Assembly: GCA_013694635.1 (NCBI GenBank)
Contig: JACDCA010000764.1
Coordinates: forward strand, 1 to 30,917
From: Acidobacteriota bacterium
GTDB lineage: Bacteria > Acidobacteriota > Vicinamibacteria > Vicinamibacterales > 2-12-FULL-66-21
Reading direction: 5' to 3'
DNA length: 30,917 nt
Numbering within the stretch: position 1 is the stretch's first letter; each line of letters starts with the position of its first letter. The position numbers were made by a program, and so were the translations under genes. Positions 1-8,858 of this stretch are shown here, piece after piece. The notes beneath the pieces are model-generated. The model made no database searches, was not told where the DNA came from, and saw only the letters and a program-made list of their open reading frames with translations.

Positions 1-311
1 TCACGGCACACCCCGACATCAAGGCGGTGTTTGCCACCAACGACCAGATGGCGCTCGGCGCGGTGGAGGCGATCGCGGCGAGAAGGCCGCAGGGCGCGAT
101 TGCGATCATCGGTTTCGACGCCACCGCGGAAGCTGTCCAGGCCATCCTCGAAGGGCGGATGTCGGCCAGCGTGGCGCAGCGTCCTTTCGAGATGGGACGC
201 CGGAGTGTCGAAGCCGCTCTTGCCCTTCTCGACGGAAAGGCCGTGGACCCGCGGATCGACACCGGCACGGAACTGATCACCGCCGAAAACGCCGCGCGCT
301 TCAAGAAATGA
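1..311 (+). CDS. Sugar ABC transporter substrate-binding protein, RbsB/periplasmic binding protein type I (C-terminal part; 5' truncated by window)
   Basis: The frame is open from the window edge (TAHPDIKAVFATNDQMALGAVEAI...IIGFDATAEAVQAILEGRMSASVAQRPFEMG). The FATNDxMALGA, GFD and ASVAQxP motifs are typical of RbsB-like proteins. The TGA stop overlaps the next ATG (ATGA, 308-311). Confidence 0.88.
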   Translation, partial: TAHPDIKAVFATNDQMALGAVEAIAARRPQGAIAIIGFDATAEAVQAILEGRMSASVAQRPFEMGRRSVEAALALLDGKAVDPRIDTGTELITAENAARFKK

Positions 312-1639
312 CGGCATTCACGGTCGCCGCCATCCTTTTCCTCGCCGCCGGTGCCCACCCGTCATCCCGGCTCGATCATCGTTTCATCCTGCCGGTGGGC
401 GGCGAGGCGGTCGCCTCCATCACCGCGGGATGCGACCGGTGTGACTGGGGCCTGGCGGGTCGCGAAGCGGTGGTCGTGCGCGTGACGGTCGACGGGGACT
501 ATTCACAACATCTCATTCTCGCCCGCGGTGCGTCACCGGCCTCGTATCGACTCATGCTGGGAAGGCTGGCCGCCGGACCGCACCGGCTGACACTGGAACG
601 CGACACCGAGCGATCGTCGAGAGATGCCGGAGCCATCAAGGTCCAGGCCCTCTCGGTGCATGCCTTTCGTGAAGGCACGCCGGAGCATGAATGGCTGTCT
701 CATGCGCCGTTTCTCTACGCGCGGCCCGGCACCGTCGAACGGTTCAGCGACCTCCCGGTGATGATGTGGGTCGAGCGCACGCCACCGCCCGCGGATGACT
801 TCCGATACACGGTCATCTTCACGCACGAGGACGGCGGTACGCCGACCGATCGGCTGATGGCGACGTGGGGCCGCACCACCGACATCGAGTTCGTCTACTC
901 GACGGGGCGCGCGCCTGACGGCGTGATCCGTGAGGAGATCCAGGGGAAGAATCACGAGATTCTTCCGTTTCGCGGCAGGCGTTTCGGCGCTCACCCGCTG
1001 CTCTGGGTCGCGACCGACAACAACATGGTCGCCGACAGCGGCCCCGAGACGATCAGGTTCGGACTCGCGCCGGAGCTCGTGTCTCTCGAGAACGTCTCGC
1101 GCGAAGCGGTGATGGACGCCAATCCCTGGACCTATTCGGTGATGTCGGCGGAGCTTCGCCGGGAGGGACGCCTTGACCCGGCCGCGAAGCCGGGGTCCGC
1201 GAAGGTGCCTGACTCGCGCCGTTTCGCCTATCTCGAAGGCTGCGGCGAGCTCGATCGCGCCACCGCCGCCTTTGACGTGGCAATCCGCGCAGGCGGCGGC
1301 GCAACCGAATGGCACGCCACGGATCGCGGGGACCCGCGCTTCCGCATTGCGCGCAGCGGGTGCTTCCGCGCCGCGGTGCCGCTGCCGCCGGGCACGACCG
1401 TGGGGATGATCACCGGGGTACGGATGCGCGCCTTCACGCGACCGCCGCGCGAGGATGAGCCGGCACTTCCACCTGGCACCGGTCGCGTCACGCTGCAGAG
1501 GCTGAACGGCGTCTTCATGCTGGACCAGCGGTATCGTCCCGGGACACCGCGGTTGCGCTGGGCGGGGACTATCGAGACGCGCGGCGAGGCGGAGGCTGTG
1601 CGGGTACCAGTTCCACCGTCCGCAGGCCGGACCCGCTGA
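308..1639 (+). CDS. Hypothetical secreted protein (443 aa), function unknown
   Basis: ATGA coupling to the upstream gene. N-terminal hydrophobic signal-like segment (MTAFTVAAILFLAAGA). Globular-looking composition with a motif-rich core (APFLY...YTVIFTHEDGGT...WGRTTDIE). No family recognised. Confidence 0.8.
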   Translation: MTAFTVAAILFLAAGAHPSSRLDHRFILPVGGEAVASITAGCDRCDWGLAGREAVVVRVTVDGDYSQHLILARGASPASYRLMLGRLAAGPHRLTLERDTERSSRDAGAIKVQALSVHAFREGTPEHEWLSHAPFLYARPGTVERFSDLPVMMWVERTPPPADDFRYTVIFTHEDGGTPTDRLMATWGRTTDIEFVYSTGRAPDGVIREEIQGKNHEILPFRGRRFGAHPLLWVATDNNMVADSGPETIRFGLAPELVSLENVSREAVMDANPWTYSVMSAELRREGRLDPAAKPGSAKVPDSRRFAYLEGCGELDRATAAFDVAIRAGGGATEWHATDRGDPRFRIARSGCFRAAVPLPPGTTVGMITGVRMRAFTRPPREDEPALPPGTGRVTLQRLNGVFMLDQRYRPGTPRLRWAGTIETRGEAEAVRVPVPPSAGRTR

Positions 1640-4310
1640 TCTCGAGGGTGGCCGAGCCGTTCGATACCGTCAGCGGCCGCTGCGCCTCCTCGAGCAGATT
1701 CAGTTCATTCGCCTGGAGAATGCCGCCAGGAATGCGCAGCTCGCCGGACGCGCCGCTGACTGATGGGTTGAACAGCCGTACGGTAAGCGATTCGCGCACG
1801 TCCGTTTTTTTCAGCGCGCTGAGCACGACCCCACCCTCGCTTGCGGTGATCGACAGCATGTCCGCCCTGGGCGCGAGCCGCTGGCCTTTCGCGATCCCCC
1901 CGGTCTGACCCTCCGGCACGTCCGCGATCGCCATGCGAGCGGGGGCCAGGAACGCCGATGCGCCGGCGTAGAGCTCCACTGGCGCTGGTGCCTTCTCCAG
2001 CGGCTCGAACGCGAGGCTGAACGCGTGACTGCCTATGCATTGCGCACCGGGCGCTGCCAGCCCCGGGCCCGCGTGCCCGTGTGGGCGGGTGGCGAGGTCG
2101 TCGCGTGACAGATCGCCGACACACCGGAGCAGCGTTACCGCAATCTGCGCCGGTTCCTCCATCAGCACTTCGTACTCGGTCAGCCCCTGCACGTACACCG
2201 CGGCCCCGCCTACCGCGGCGCAGGCGACGAAGGACTGCATGGGAGCGGAGGTGACCGGCACTTCCGTGCGGATCTGCGCGGGGGCATCGCGCCGCGTGGG
2301 ACGCGCAATCACGCCAAACGCGGTGTCGGACACGGCTTCGGAGGGCTCCCGCAGCCCTGCCGGGAACGCGATCCGCAGGCGGTGGTCCCGAGCGCCATTC
2401 TCGATCCGTACGTCCCACTGCGCGCGCCGGGAGCCGGCGTCCAGCGTGATCTCGACGGTCACCGGTACGCCGATGACGTCGCTGGCGCGGCGGCGCCGGT
2501 CCGTCGTTGCCGCGGCCGGCAGCGGCAGCGTACCGGTGATACGCAGGCGGCCCCGCAACGGTCCGGCGTGGACCTCGGTCACCGACACCTGCTGGAGATC
2601 CGCGCTCTCGACGAGGCGATCGGTCGCTGGCGGCGAGTAGTTGTACTCGTCGCCCACATCCCCCTGGTCGATGAGCGCACCGCAGTGACCGTACGTTTTC
2701 CCGCTGCGCTTGTCGACGATCGTTGCCGTCCCGTCGTCGGCGACCGTGATGCGCAGGGTGTCGTTCTCCAGCGATCGTGCGGCGGTCGTGACGAGCGCCG
2801 CCGTCTGCAACCGTGACGGCGCGCCGATGTGGAGGTCGAGAGATGCATAGCCGCAGCCCGGCAGCTCGACCAGCGCGGCAAACCGGACACGCTTCGCATG
2901 AAGCGCCCAGGGCGTATCGAGCCTGCTCCTGATCCAGCTGATGACATCTGTTTCCTCGAGAATCTGCAGCGGCACACTGGTGCCGTCCGGCAGCGAGGCC
3001 GCCGTGATCGTCGAGCCTTCCGGATGAAAGACGACGGGCGCGTCGAGCGCCTCGGCGTCCATGTGACGATGGGGTTCGGCGTTGCCGAAGGGCAGATCGA
3101 CGGAGCCTTCGACCACGCCGACGCGCGGATGTCCGGACGTCTGGAAGAACACCGCGCGCACCCTGTCTGTGGCCGCGGGAGCGACGCGCCGCGCGAGCGA
3201 CACCGCCGCGCGCTCGATGAGGTCGTCCGCCACCTGCCCGGCCCTGGCAAAGCGTGACATGTTCTCGTCATGCACTTCGTCGATGCTGCAGCCGCAGATG
3301 CTGTCGTGCGGATGGTTCTGGAGCAACACCTTCCAGGCGTATTGAAGCGCTGCCGCGGGATAGCGGTCGCCGAGCATCCACGCCCAGGTGCTGAGCGGCT
3401 CCCCCCACCGCTCCAGGGCGTTCTGGACCCGCGCATTCGCCTGTTTCAGATATGTGCGCGCCGACAGCACCCCCGGCAGAAGCGGCGCGTATTGCTCACC
3501 GCCACGCAGCTCTCCCCGGATCACCTCGAGCGACGACGCGTCGCCGGCGGCGGCGGTCCGGACCGCGTGGACGTATGCAGGGAGTGTTGACTGGCGGATC
3601 GTGTGAGACCGCTGCCGCAGCGCTGTGACGAGTGCCGGAATCGTCTCCTGCGGCTCGACGTGATCGAGGCCGTTCATGAGCAGCACGACACCGTATTTCG
3701 TGCGCGACGCTTCGCGTTCGATCGCGGCTTCGGTGCGCTGTACCATCTGGTCGGGAACCAGCGCGACGCGCGTGGCGTTGCAGTAACCCTCGGGTGGCAG
3801 GTGCATCATCAGGACCCGTGAGCCGTCAGGCGCCTCCCACCAGTACTCCGCCCGCGGCCCGCCGAACCCGCGCCAGAGGATCGCGTTGTCGAGGCCGAAC
3901 TGCCGGAGGATCTGCGGCATCTGCCCCACGTGGCCGAACAGATCCGGCAGATAGCCGACCGGCATGGATTCACCGAAGGACCGCGCGACGGCGTGGCCGA
4001 GCGCGAGGTTCCGCACCAGCGATTCGCCGCTCACGAGAAACTCGTCGGGCATGACGTACCACGGGCCGACGAGCAGCCGACCCGACCGGACCAGCTCGCG
4101 AAGGTCCTCGGCCCGCTCGGGCCGGATCTCCAGGTAATCCTCGAGCACGATCGTCTGCCCGTCGAGATGGAAGTACGTATAGCCGCTGTCGGCGTGAAGC
4201 ATGTCGATGACACGGTCCACGAGGTCGACGAGGCGGAGCCGGAACTGTTCCCGCGTCAGATACCACTCGCGGTCCCAGTGCGTATGTGAAATGAGGTGGA
4301 CGTCGATCAT
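1569..4310 (-). CDS. Glycoside hydrolase family 38 alpha-mannosidase (MngB-like), cytoplasmic, about 913 aa
   Basis: The true start MIDVHLISHTHWDREWY is at 4310, with an ATGA overlap with the upstream permease stop. Motifs: Zn-binding HxHWD, LDGQT, GPWY, nucleophile GYLPDLFG and HPHDSICG. No signal peptide. Confidence 0.95.
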   Translation of the reverse strand: MIDVHLISHTHWDREWYLTREQFRLRLVDLVDRVIDMLHADSGYTYFHLDGQTIVLEDYLEIRPERAEDLRELVRSGRLLVGPWYVMPDEFLVSGESLVRNLALGHAVARSFGESMPVGYLPDLFGHVGQMPQILRQFGLDNAILWRGFGGPRAEYWWEAPDGSRVLMMHLPPEGYCNATRVALVPDQMVQRTEAAIEREASRTKYGVVLLMNGLDHVEPQETIPALVTALRQRSHTIRQSTLPAYVHAVRTAAAGDASSLEVIRGELRGGEQYAPLLPGVLSARTYLKQANARVQNALERWGEPLSTWAWMLGDRYPAAALQYAWKVLLQNHPHDSICGCSIDEVHDENMSRFARAGQVADDLIERAAVSLARRVAPAATDRVRAVFFQTSGHPRVGVVEGSVDLPFGNAEPHRHMDAEALDAPVVFHPEGSTITAASLPDGTSVPLQILEETDVISWIRSRLDTPWALHAKRVRFAALVELPGCGYASLDLHIGAPSRLQTAALVTTAARSLENDTLRITVADDGTATIVDKRSGKTYGHCGALIDQGDVGDEYNYSPPATDRLVESADLQQVSVTEVHAGPLRGRLRITGTLPLPAAATTDRRRRASDVIGVPVTVEITLDAGSRRAQWDVRIENGARDHRLRIAFPAGLREPSEAVSDTAFGVIARPTRRDAPAQIRTEVPVTSAPMQSFVACAAVGGAAVYVQGLTEYEVLMEEPAQIAVTLLRCVGDLSRDDLATRPHGHAGPGLAAPGAQCIGSHAFSLAFEPLEKAPAPVELYAGASAFLAPARMAIADVPEGQTGGIAKGQRLAPRADMLSITASEGGVVLSALKKTDVRESLTVRLFNPSVSGASGELRIPGGILQANELNLLEEAQRPLTVSNGSATLEISGSGLRTVELVPAQPPPRRASR

Positions 4311-5143
4311 CCTTTTACCGCCCCGGCCGTGAGGCCGGCGATGAAATACCGCTGCAGCAGAACGAACGCCGCCACCACCGGCAGCAGCCCGACAATGCTC
4401 GCCGCGGCAACAATATGCCATTCCGTCTCGTACGCCCCCTGGAGGCTGAAGAGACCGACCGGCACCGTGAAGCGTTCCTGGGCGTCCAGCAGCACGAGCG
4501 CCAGCGAGAATTCGGCCCAGTACGACGCGAGATTGAAGATCGCGGCAGCGGCGAGGCCGGGGCCGGCCAGCGGCAGTGCAATCGCCCGAAACGTGAGCCA
4601 GCGTCCCGCGCCGTCCACGCGTGCGGCGTCGAAGAGCGCCGGAGGGAGTGCGTCGAAGAACGATTTCATCAGCCAGATCGTGAGCGGCACCTGCAGGGAC
4701 GCATAGACGAGGACCAGTCCCGCATGGGTGTCGACGAGGCCGAGGCGCTGCATCAGGCCGTAGATAGGCACCAGCAATACGACCGGCGACAGCATCTGCA
4801 TCCCGAGCAGGGCGCCGAGGATCGGTCCGCGGGCGCGAAATCGCTCGCGTGAGAGCACGAACGCCGCCGGCAGCGAGACGGCAAGCGTGAGCAGCGTCGA
4901 CAGACCCGCAACCTTGAAACTGTTCCACAGGTACCACGGCACCTGCGTCCGCAGGAGTGCAAAGACGTAGTTGGCCGTCGTCGGATCGTCAGGAATCAGC
5001 CGTGGCGGGTACTGGTAAACGGCCGACTTCTCCTTGAACGACAGCGACAGGAGCCACAACTGCGGCACGAGAAACACGAGCGTGATCGCGACCAGCGCGG
5101 CGACGTACGGCCAGCGCGATCCATACCGCGCGCTGCCGCTCAC
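4307..5143 (-). CDS. Carbohydrate ABC transporter permease (CUT1, MalG-type), about 278 aa
   Basis: GTG start at 5143 overlaps the upstream stop (GTGA). About six TM segments, EAA loop FFDALPPALFDAARVDGAG, and a typical C-terminus LQRYFIAGLTAGAVKG. Confidence 0.93.
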   Translation of the reverse strand: MSGSARYGSRWPYVAALVAITLVFLVPQLWLLSLSFKEKSAVYQYPPRLIPDDPTTANYVFALLRTQVPWYLWNSFKVAGLSTLLTLAVSLPAAFVLSRERFRARGPILGALLGMQMLSPVVLLVPIYGLMQRLGLVDTHAGLVLVYASLQVPLTIWLMKSFFDALPPALFDAARVDGAGRWLTFRAIALPLAGPGLAAAAIFNLASYWAEFSLALVLLDAQERFTVPVGLFSLQGAYETEWHIVAAASIVGLLPVVAAFVLLQRYFIAGLTAGAVKG

Positions 5144-7446
5144 GCGGTCACCCGCGCGGGTCGTGCCGGGCGCCCGGCGGCGAGCCGCGTCGCGAACCAG
5201 ATCAGCGGCACGTTGAACGCCAGCATGACCACGGCCGTCGCGGCCGCCATTCCGGCATCGAGGTCGTAGAAGGCGAGCCGGTACATGAACAGCGATGCGA
5301 CCTCGGTCTGCCGTGCGGGGCCGCCGCCGGTGAGCGGCAGAATCAGATCGAAGGTATTGAAGGTGTAGAGCGTCACGAGCACGGCGTTGAGCGCGATCAC
5401 CGGCGCAACTGCGGGCAGCACGACCACGCGCAGCCGCTGCGACATCGAGGCCCCCTCGAGATCGGCGGCTTCGTGCAGCTCGCGGGGAATCCGCTGGAGT
5501 CCCGCGTACTGCAGCACCATGCTGAATGCACACCCGCGCCACGTGTTCGCGATGATGAGCGAGACGACAGCGAACGACCCGGTCGAGAGCAGAGGCAACG
5601 GGCCGACGCCGAGCGCCGTGAACCAGTAGTTCACGAGCCCGGAGCGATTCTCCATCAGCAGAATCTTCCAGAGCACGCCGACGAGGACGCCCGGGACCAC
5701 CCATGCGCTGACGACGGCCACGCGGGCCGCAAGACCGCCCGGCACGCGCCTTCGCCTCGCGCCGTCCATCAGGTAGGCCATGCCGAAGCCGAGACCCAGT
5801 TGCAGCACGACGCTGGCCACGACGAAGAGGCACGTGATCCCCATCATCGGCCAGAAGTGCGGATCGCGGAAAAGCTCCGTGAACGACTCGAGGGTATAGC
5901 CCGCGCCGCGCTGCCCTGTGGTCGCGCGGGTGAACGCCAGCCGGATCAGCTCGAAGATCGGATAGAGCACGAAGAGCCCGGCGAGCGCCGCCGCGGGCGC
6001 GAGCCAGGCGCGGGGCATGGGGCCTCGACCTGGGAACAACACCCAGGCAATCAGACCCGCGGCGAGCACGATGGGCACCCAGGCGAGGAGGTCGAGTCCA
6101 GCGCGGCGTGCCGGCGCGGCGTTTCGCCGCTCCCACGCCTGCAGCACGTTGGCATACGCCGCGTCTACCGCGGCTTCGGGGGTGCGATCACCCGATATCG
6201 CGTAGCCAATGGCCAGCTGCAACTCCGTCGAGATCGCCGGATACATCGGGACGGCCGGACGAGCCTGGCCGCTCGCGACGATTTCGCCGAACCGCGCGTA
6301 CCACCCTTCCCGGAATGTCGGGAACTGCTGATAGACGCTTCGGCGTACCGGCAGGTGCCCCGTTGCTTCGCTGATGCGTGCGGCATTGGCCGGAGCCTCG
6401 ACGCGCCGAATCAACTCGACAGCCGCGCGGCGCCGTTCCGGATCCGTCGCAAACACCACCCAGATCCAGCCACCGGTTCCGGTCGATGAGGTCGCGGGAT
6501 CGCGCTGCGGAATCGGGGCGACGTCCCACTTCGCGAACTCCTCTGCGCTGAGATTGGCCTTCAGGTCCGCCAGTTGCCAGTTGCCGCCGAGGAACATCGC
6601 CACGTCGCCGGCGGCGGCAGCGGACGTCAGCTGCTGGTAGTCCATTGACGCAAGCACCGATCGTGGTGACGCGCCGGTGCGGATCGTGTCGCGCAGGAAG
6701 GCGAGCACGTTGACCATGCGCTGGCGGTCTGCCCCTTCGCCGAACACCGGCCGCCCCGCGCCGTCCACGAGCGTCCCCCCCTGCGCCCAGAACATCGCGA
6801 GATGATCGAAGACCGTCGCCTCCCAACGGCCCGCGTTGTAGAGATAGCCGGCGATATTCTGCTCGCGCGAGATCCGCGGCGCGATCTCCAGCAGTTCCGC
6901 CCACGAACGCGGCGCCCGTGGAACAAGATCCTTGCGGTAATACAGCACGCGACAGTCGGTTTCGTGCCACAGGCCGTAGACGTGGCCCGCCGGATCAGAC
7001 AGGGTCGAGATCGTAAACGGAAGGAAGTCCTGACGGTCCTCCGCCGGCCAGTAGTCGTCGAGCGGCTGCACTGCGCCGCTGTCGAGAAAGAGCGGAAGCC
7101 AGAAGCTGTCGATCGACGCGACGTCGGGCAGTCGGCCGGCGGACGCGGCGAGCAGCAGCTTGGCCTTGTGCTGCTCGAGCGCAGGCATCACCGAGACGCG
7201 CAGGTTGACGTCGGGCGTCGCGCGCGCCCAGTCCGAGAACACATCCGTGAAGACCTGCGCGATCGCCGGCCGGGAGGCGAGATGCGAGTAATCCTGCTGG
7301 GCCCACACGGTCAGCGTCGTCCGCGCTTCGGGATTTCCCACGCGGATGGGCGTGACGAGAGGCGGCTGTGCGGAAGCGCTCCGCGCGAGTCCGCACAGCA
7401 GCAGCGCGATCGGGAAGACGATCCGAAGGTGGCGGAGCACGCTCAC
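5140..7446 (-). CDS. Fusion protein: N-terminal extracellular solute-binding domain (family 1) + C-terminal MalF-type ABC permease, about 768 aa
   Basis: GTG at 7446 overlaps the PHP stop (GTGA). Signal peptide (LRIVFPIALLLCGLARSASA-Q), SBP motifs (GRLPDVASID, VLYYRKDL, PRSWAEL, MFLGGNW, GTGGW), then TM helices and EAA loop GLQRIPRELHEAADLEGAS, all in one uninterrupted frame. Confidence 0.9.
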   Translation of the reverse strand: MSVLRHLRIVFPIALLLCGLARSASAQPPLVTPIRVGNPEARTTLTVWAQQDYSHLASRPAIAQVFTDVFSDWARATPDVNLRVSVMPALEQHKAKLLLAASAGRLPDVASIDSFWLPLFLDSGAVQPLDDYWPAEDRQDFLPFTISTLSDPAGHVYGLWHETDCRVLYYRKDLVPRAPRSWAELLEIAPRISREQNIAGYLYNAGRWEATVFDHLAMFWAQGGTLVDGAGRPVFGEGADRQRMVNVLAFLRDTIRTGASPRSVLASMDYQQLTSAAAAGDVAMFLGGNWQLADLKANLSAEEFAKWDVAPIPQRDPATSSTGTGGWIWVVFATDPERRRAAVELIRRVEAPANAARISEATGHLPVRRSVYQQFPTFREGWYARFGEIVASGQARPAVPMYPAISTELQLAIGYAISGDRTPEAAVDAAYANVLQAWERRNAAPARRAGLDLLAWVPIVLAAGLIAWVLFPGRGPMPRAWLAPAAALAGLFVLYPIFELIRLAFTRATTGQRGAGYTLESFTELFRDPHFWPMMGITCLFVVASVVLQLGLGFGMAYLMDGARRRRVPGGLAARVAVVSAWVVPGVLVGVLWKILLMENRSGLVNYWFTALGVGPLPLLSTGSFAVVSLIIANTWRGCAFSMVLQYAGLQRIPRELHEAADLEGASMSQRLRVVVLPAVAPVIALNAVLVTLYTFNTFDLILPLTGGGPARQTEVASLFMYRLAFYDLDAGMAAATAVVMLAFNVPLIWFATRLAAGRPARPARVTA

Positions 7447-8840
7447 TTGACGGTCACGTAAACCGGGTTCGTGAGCGCCACGATCGTCGTGCCGCTCCGC
7501 ACGGCCACGCGAAGATATCCGTTTCCGCCGGCGCGGCGGACACGAACGGTTCCGTCTGCCGCCGGATGAGTCGTGGCGCTGTCTCCGTTCCACGAGAGCT
7601 CCACCGTGCAGCTCGCCGGGCACGCTCCGAGGCCGGGACTCGTGAAAGCGGGGATCGAAACGTGGACGTCGAGCTCCGCACCAGGCGAAATCTCGAGCGT
7701 CTCGCCGGTTCCGGCTGTACGTCCGGCGGACGTCACGGTCACCACCGGCGGTGGGGACGCGGGATCACGCATCATGACGACCGCGCCCGCGGCCACGGCA
7801 TCGAGGATCGCCGGTTCCGTCAAGGCCTCGGCGAATACGCGCACGCTGCCGGCGCCGATGTACCCAGGCGCGCGGTGCCAGTCGCTCGAGGCCACGCCGG
7901 TGACCCGCCTGCCTTTCGCGAGCAGCTTGTCCCATATGGCGATCGCCCCTGGCTGCGGCCCGAGGCCGCCGTTCCAGACTTCGATCGCATCGACGCGTTC
8001 CGGTGTGGGCTGCTTCCAGTCACACGCGTCGCAGTCGGCCACCGGGTGATTGATCGAGAACAGCGCACCGCGTGCATGGGCCGCGGCCGCAACGTCGATC
8101 ATGCGCGTGTCGTTTGCAGCCATCCGGAAGTCGAGCCAGTCGCCCGGTTTCAAGCCCCACACGTTCGCATGTCCGCCGGGCGTCGTAATCTCTTCTCCAA
8201 CGATGTGCAGCGGCTTGCGGTCAGGGTCCGGCGGGCGGGCAACAGCGTGTGTGGTGTTGTTGTGATCCGTGATGGCCACGAAGTCGAGGCCGGAGGCGCG
8301 CGCCATCTCCAGCACCTGCGCCGGCTCGAAGCTGCCGTCGCTGTGGACGGTGTGCAGGTGAAGGTCACCCGCGTACCAGCGTCGCACGGTGGTTGCGCCG
8401 GTCCCCGTCGTGATCCGAAGCGTGACGTCGATCCCCTGCGCCGCCACCTTGTACAGTCCGAGGATGACGTGCCAGCGTCCGGCCGGGAGTGGCCCCGCGC
8501 GATATCCCGGAGAGGCCGTCCCGGGCGTGAGCACGATCTCCGTGCGTGCGCCGCCGCTCCAGCCGCGCAACGCGCGCGATCCAAAATCGATCGAACCCGG
8601 CTCCATGAGCCCGAGGTCCACGGCGTTTGCGCCCCCCGCCTTGTCGTATGCCTGCTCGATCCTGACGGAGGTGGCATGGGCAGGAACATCGAACGGCACG
8701 TATTGGTAGCGCCCCGAACGGCGATCCTCAGGTGTGTAGCGGCGCGTGATCTCGATCGTTTCGCCGGGCGGGGCCCCTGCACCGGCCTCCAGACCGGAAC
8801 AGAACAGGACCATCAGGAGCACCTGGAGCGCGCGTGACAT
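7443..8840 (-). CDS. Secreted PHP-domain metallohydrolase, CehA/McbA family (paralog 1), about 465 aa
   Basis: Start MSRALQVLLMVLFCSG at 8840 looks like a signal peptide. PHP metal motifs GDLHLHTVHSDG, DFVAITDHN, GEEITTPGGH, SINHP, IEVWNG and SSDWH, preceded by an N-terminal beta-sandwich-like region. Confidence 0.88.
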   Translation of the reverse strand: MSRALQVLLMVLFCSGLEAGAGAPPGETIEITRRYTPEDRRSGRYQYVPFDVPAHATSVRIEQAYDKAGGANAVDLGLMEPGSIDFGSRALRGWSGGARTEIVLTPGTASPGYRAGPLPAGRWHVILGLYKVAAQGIDVTLRITTGTGATTVRRWYAGDLHLHTVHSDGSFEPAQVLEMARASGLDFVAITDHNNTTHAVARPPDPDRKPLHIVGEEITTPGGHANVWGLKPGDWLDFRMAANDTRMIDVAAAAHARGALFSINHPVADCDACDWKQPTPERVDAIEVWNGGLGPQPGAIAIWDKLLAKGRRVTGVASSDWHRAPGYIGAGSVRVFAEALTEPAILDAVAAGAVVMMRDPASPPPVVTVTSAGRTAGTGETLEISPGAELDVHVSIPAFTSPGLGACPASCTVELSWNGDSATTHPAADGTVRVRRAGGNGYLRVAVRSGTTIVALTNPVYVTVK

Positions 8841-8850
8841 GCGGGCGGCA

Positions 8851-8858
8851 ATTATAAT
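8851..8858. promoter_or_regulatory. Palindromic ATTATAAT giving a perfect -10 hexamer (TATAAT) on both strands
   Basis: Lies in a 24-bp gap between divergent starts (8840 minus, 8865 plus). The + strand TATAAT at 8853-8858 is 6 nt before ATG 8865. The - strand TATAAT at 8856-8851 is 10 nt before ATG 8840. It is an AT-only octamer in very GC-rich DNA. Confidence 0.65.

Noticed and set aside
430-450. CxxCxW motif (CDRCDW) shared between the hypothetical protein and both PHP paralogs (CDACDW, CTGCGW)
   Set aside because: There is no other similarity and the structural context differs, so it is most likely coincidence or independent disulfide motifs in exported proteins.
4311-4937. Apparent 200-aa N-terminal extension of GH38 in the ORF track (1569-4937)
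   Set aside because: It overlaps the permease in another frame and is low-complexity. The GH38 homology and the ATGA coupling place the start at 4310. The same logic was used to trim ORFs 4307-6136, 5140-7623, 7443-9275, 13102-14463, 18150-21560, 22525-23649, 23319-24878 and 24607-26016.
7443-8840. Literal annotation of the PHP proteins as carbaryl (pesticide) hydrolases
   Set aside because: Only family-level motifs are visible. There is no aromatic-degradation or mobile-element context.
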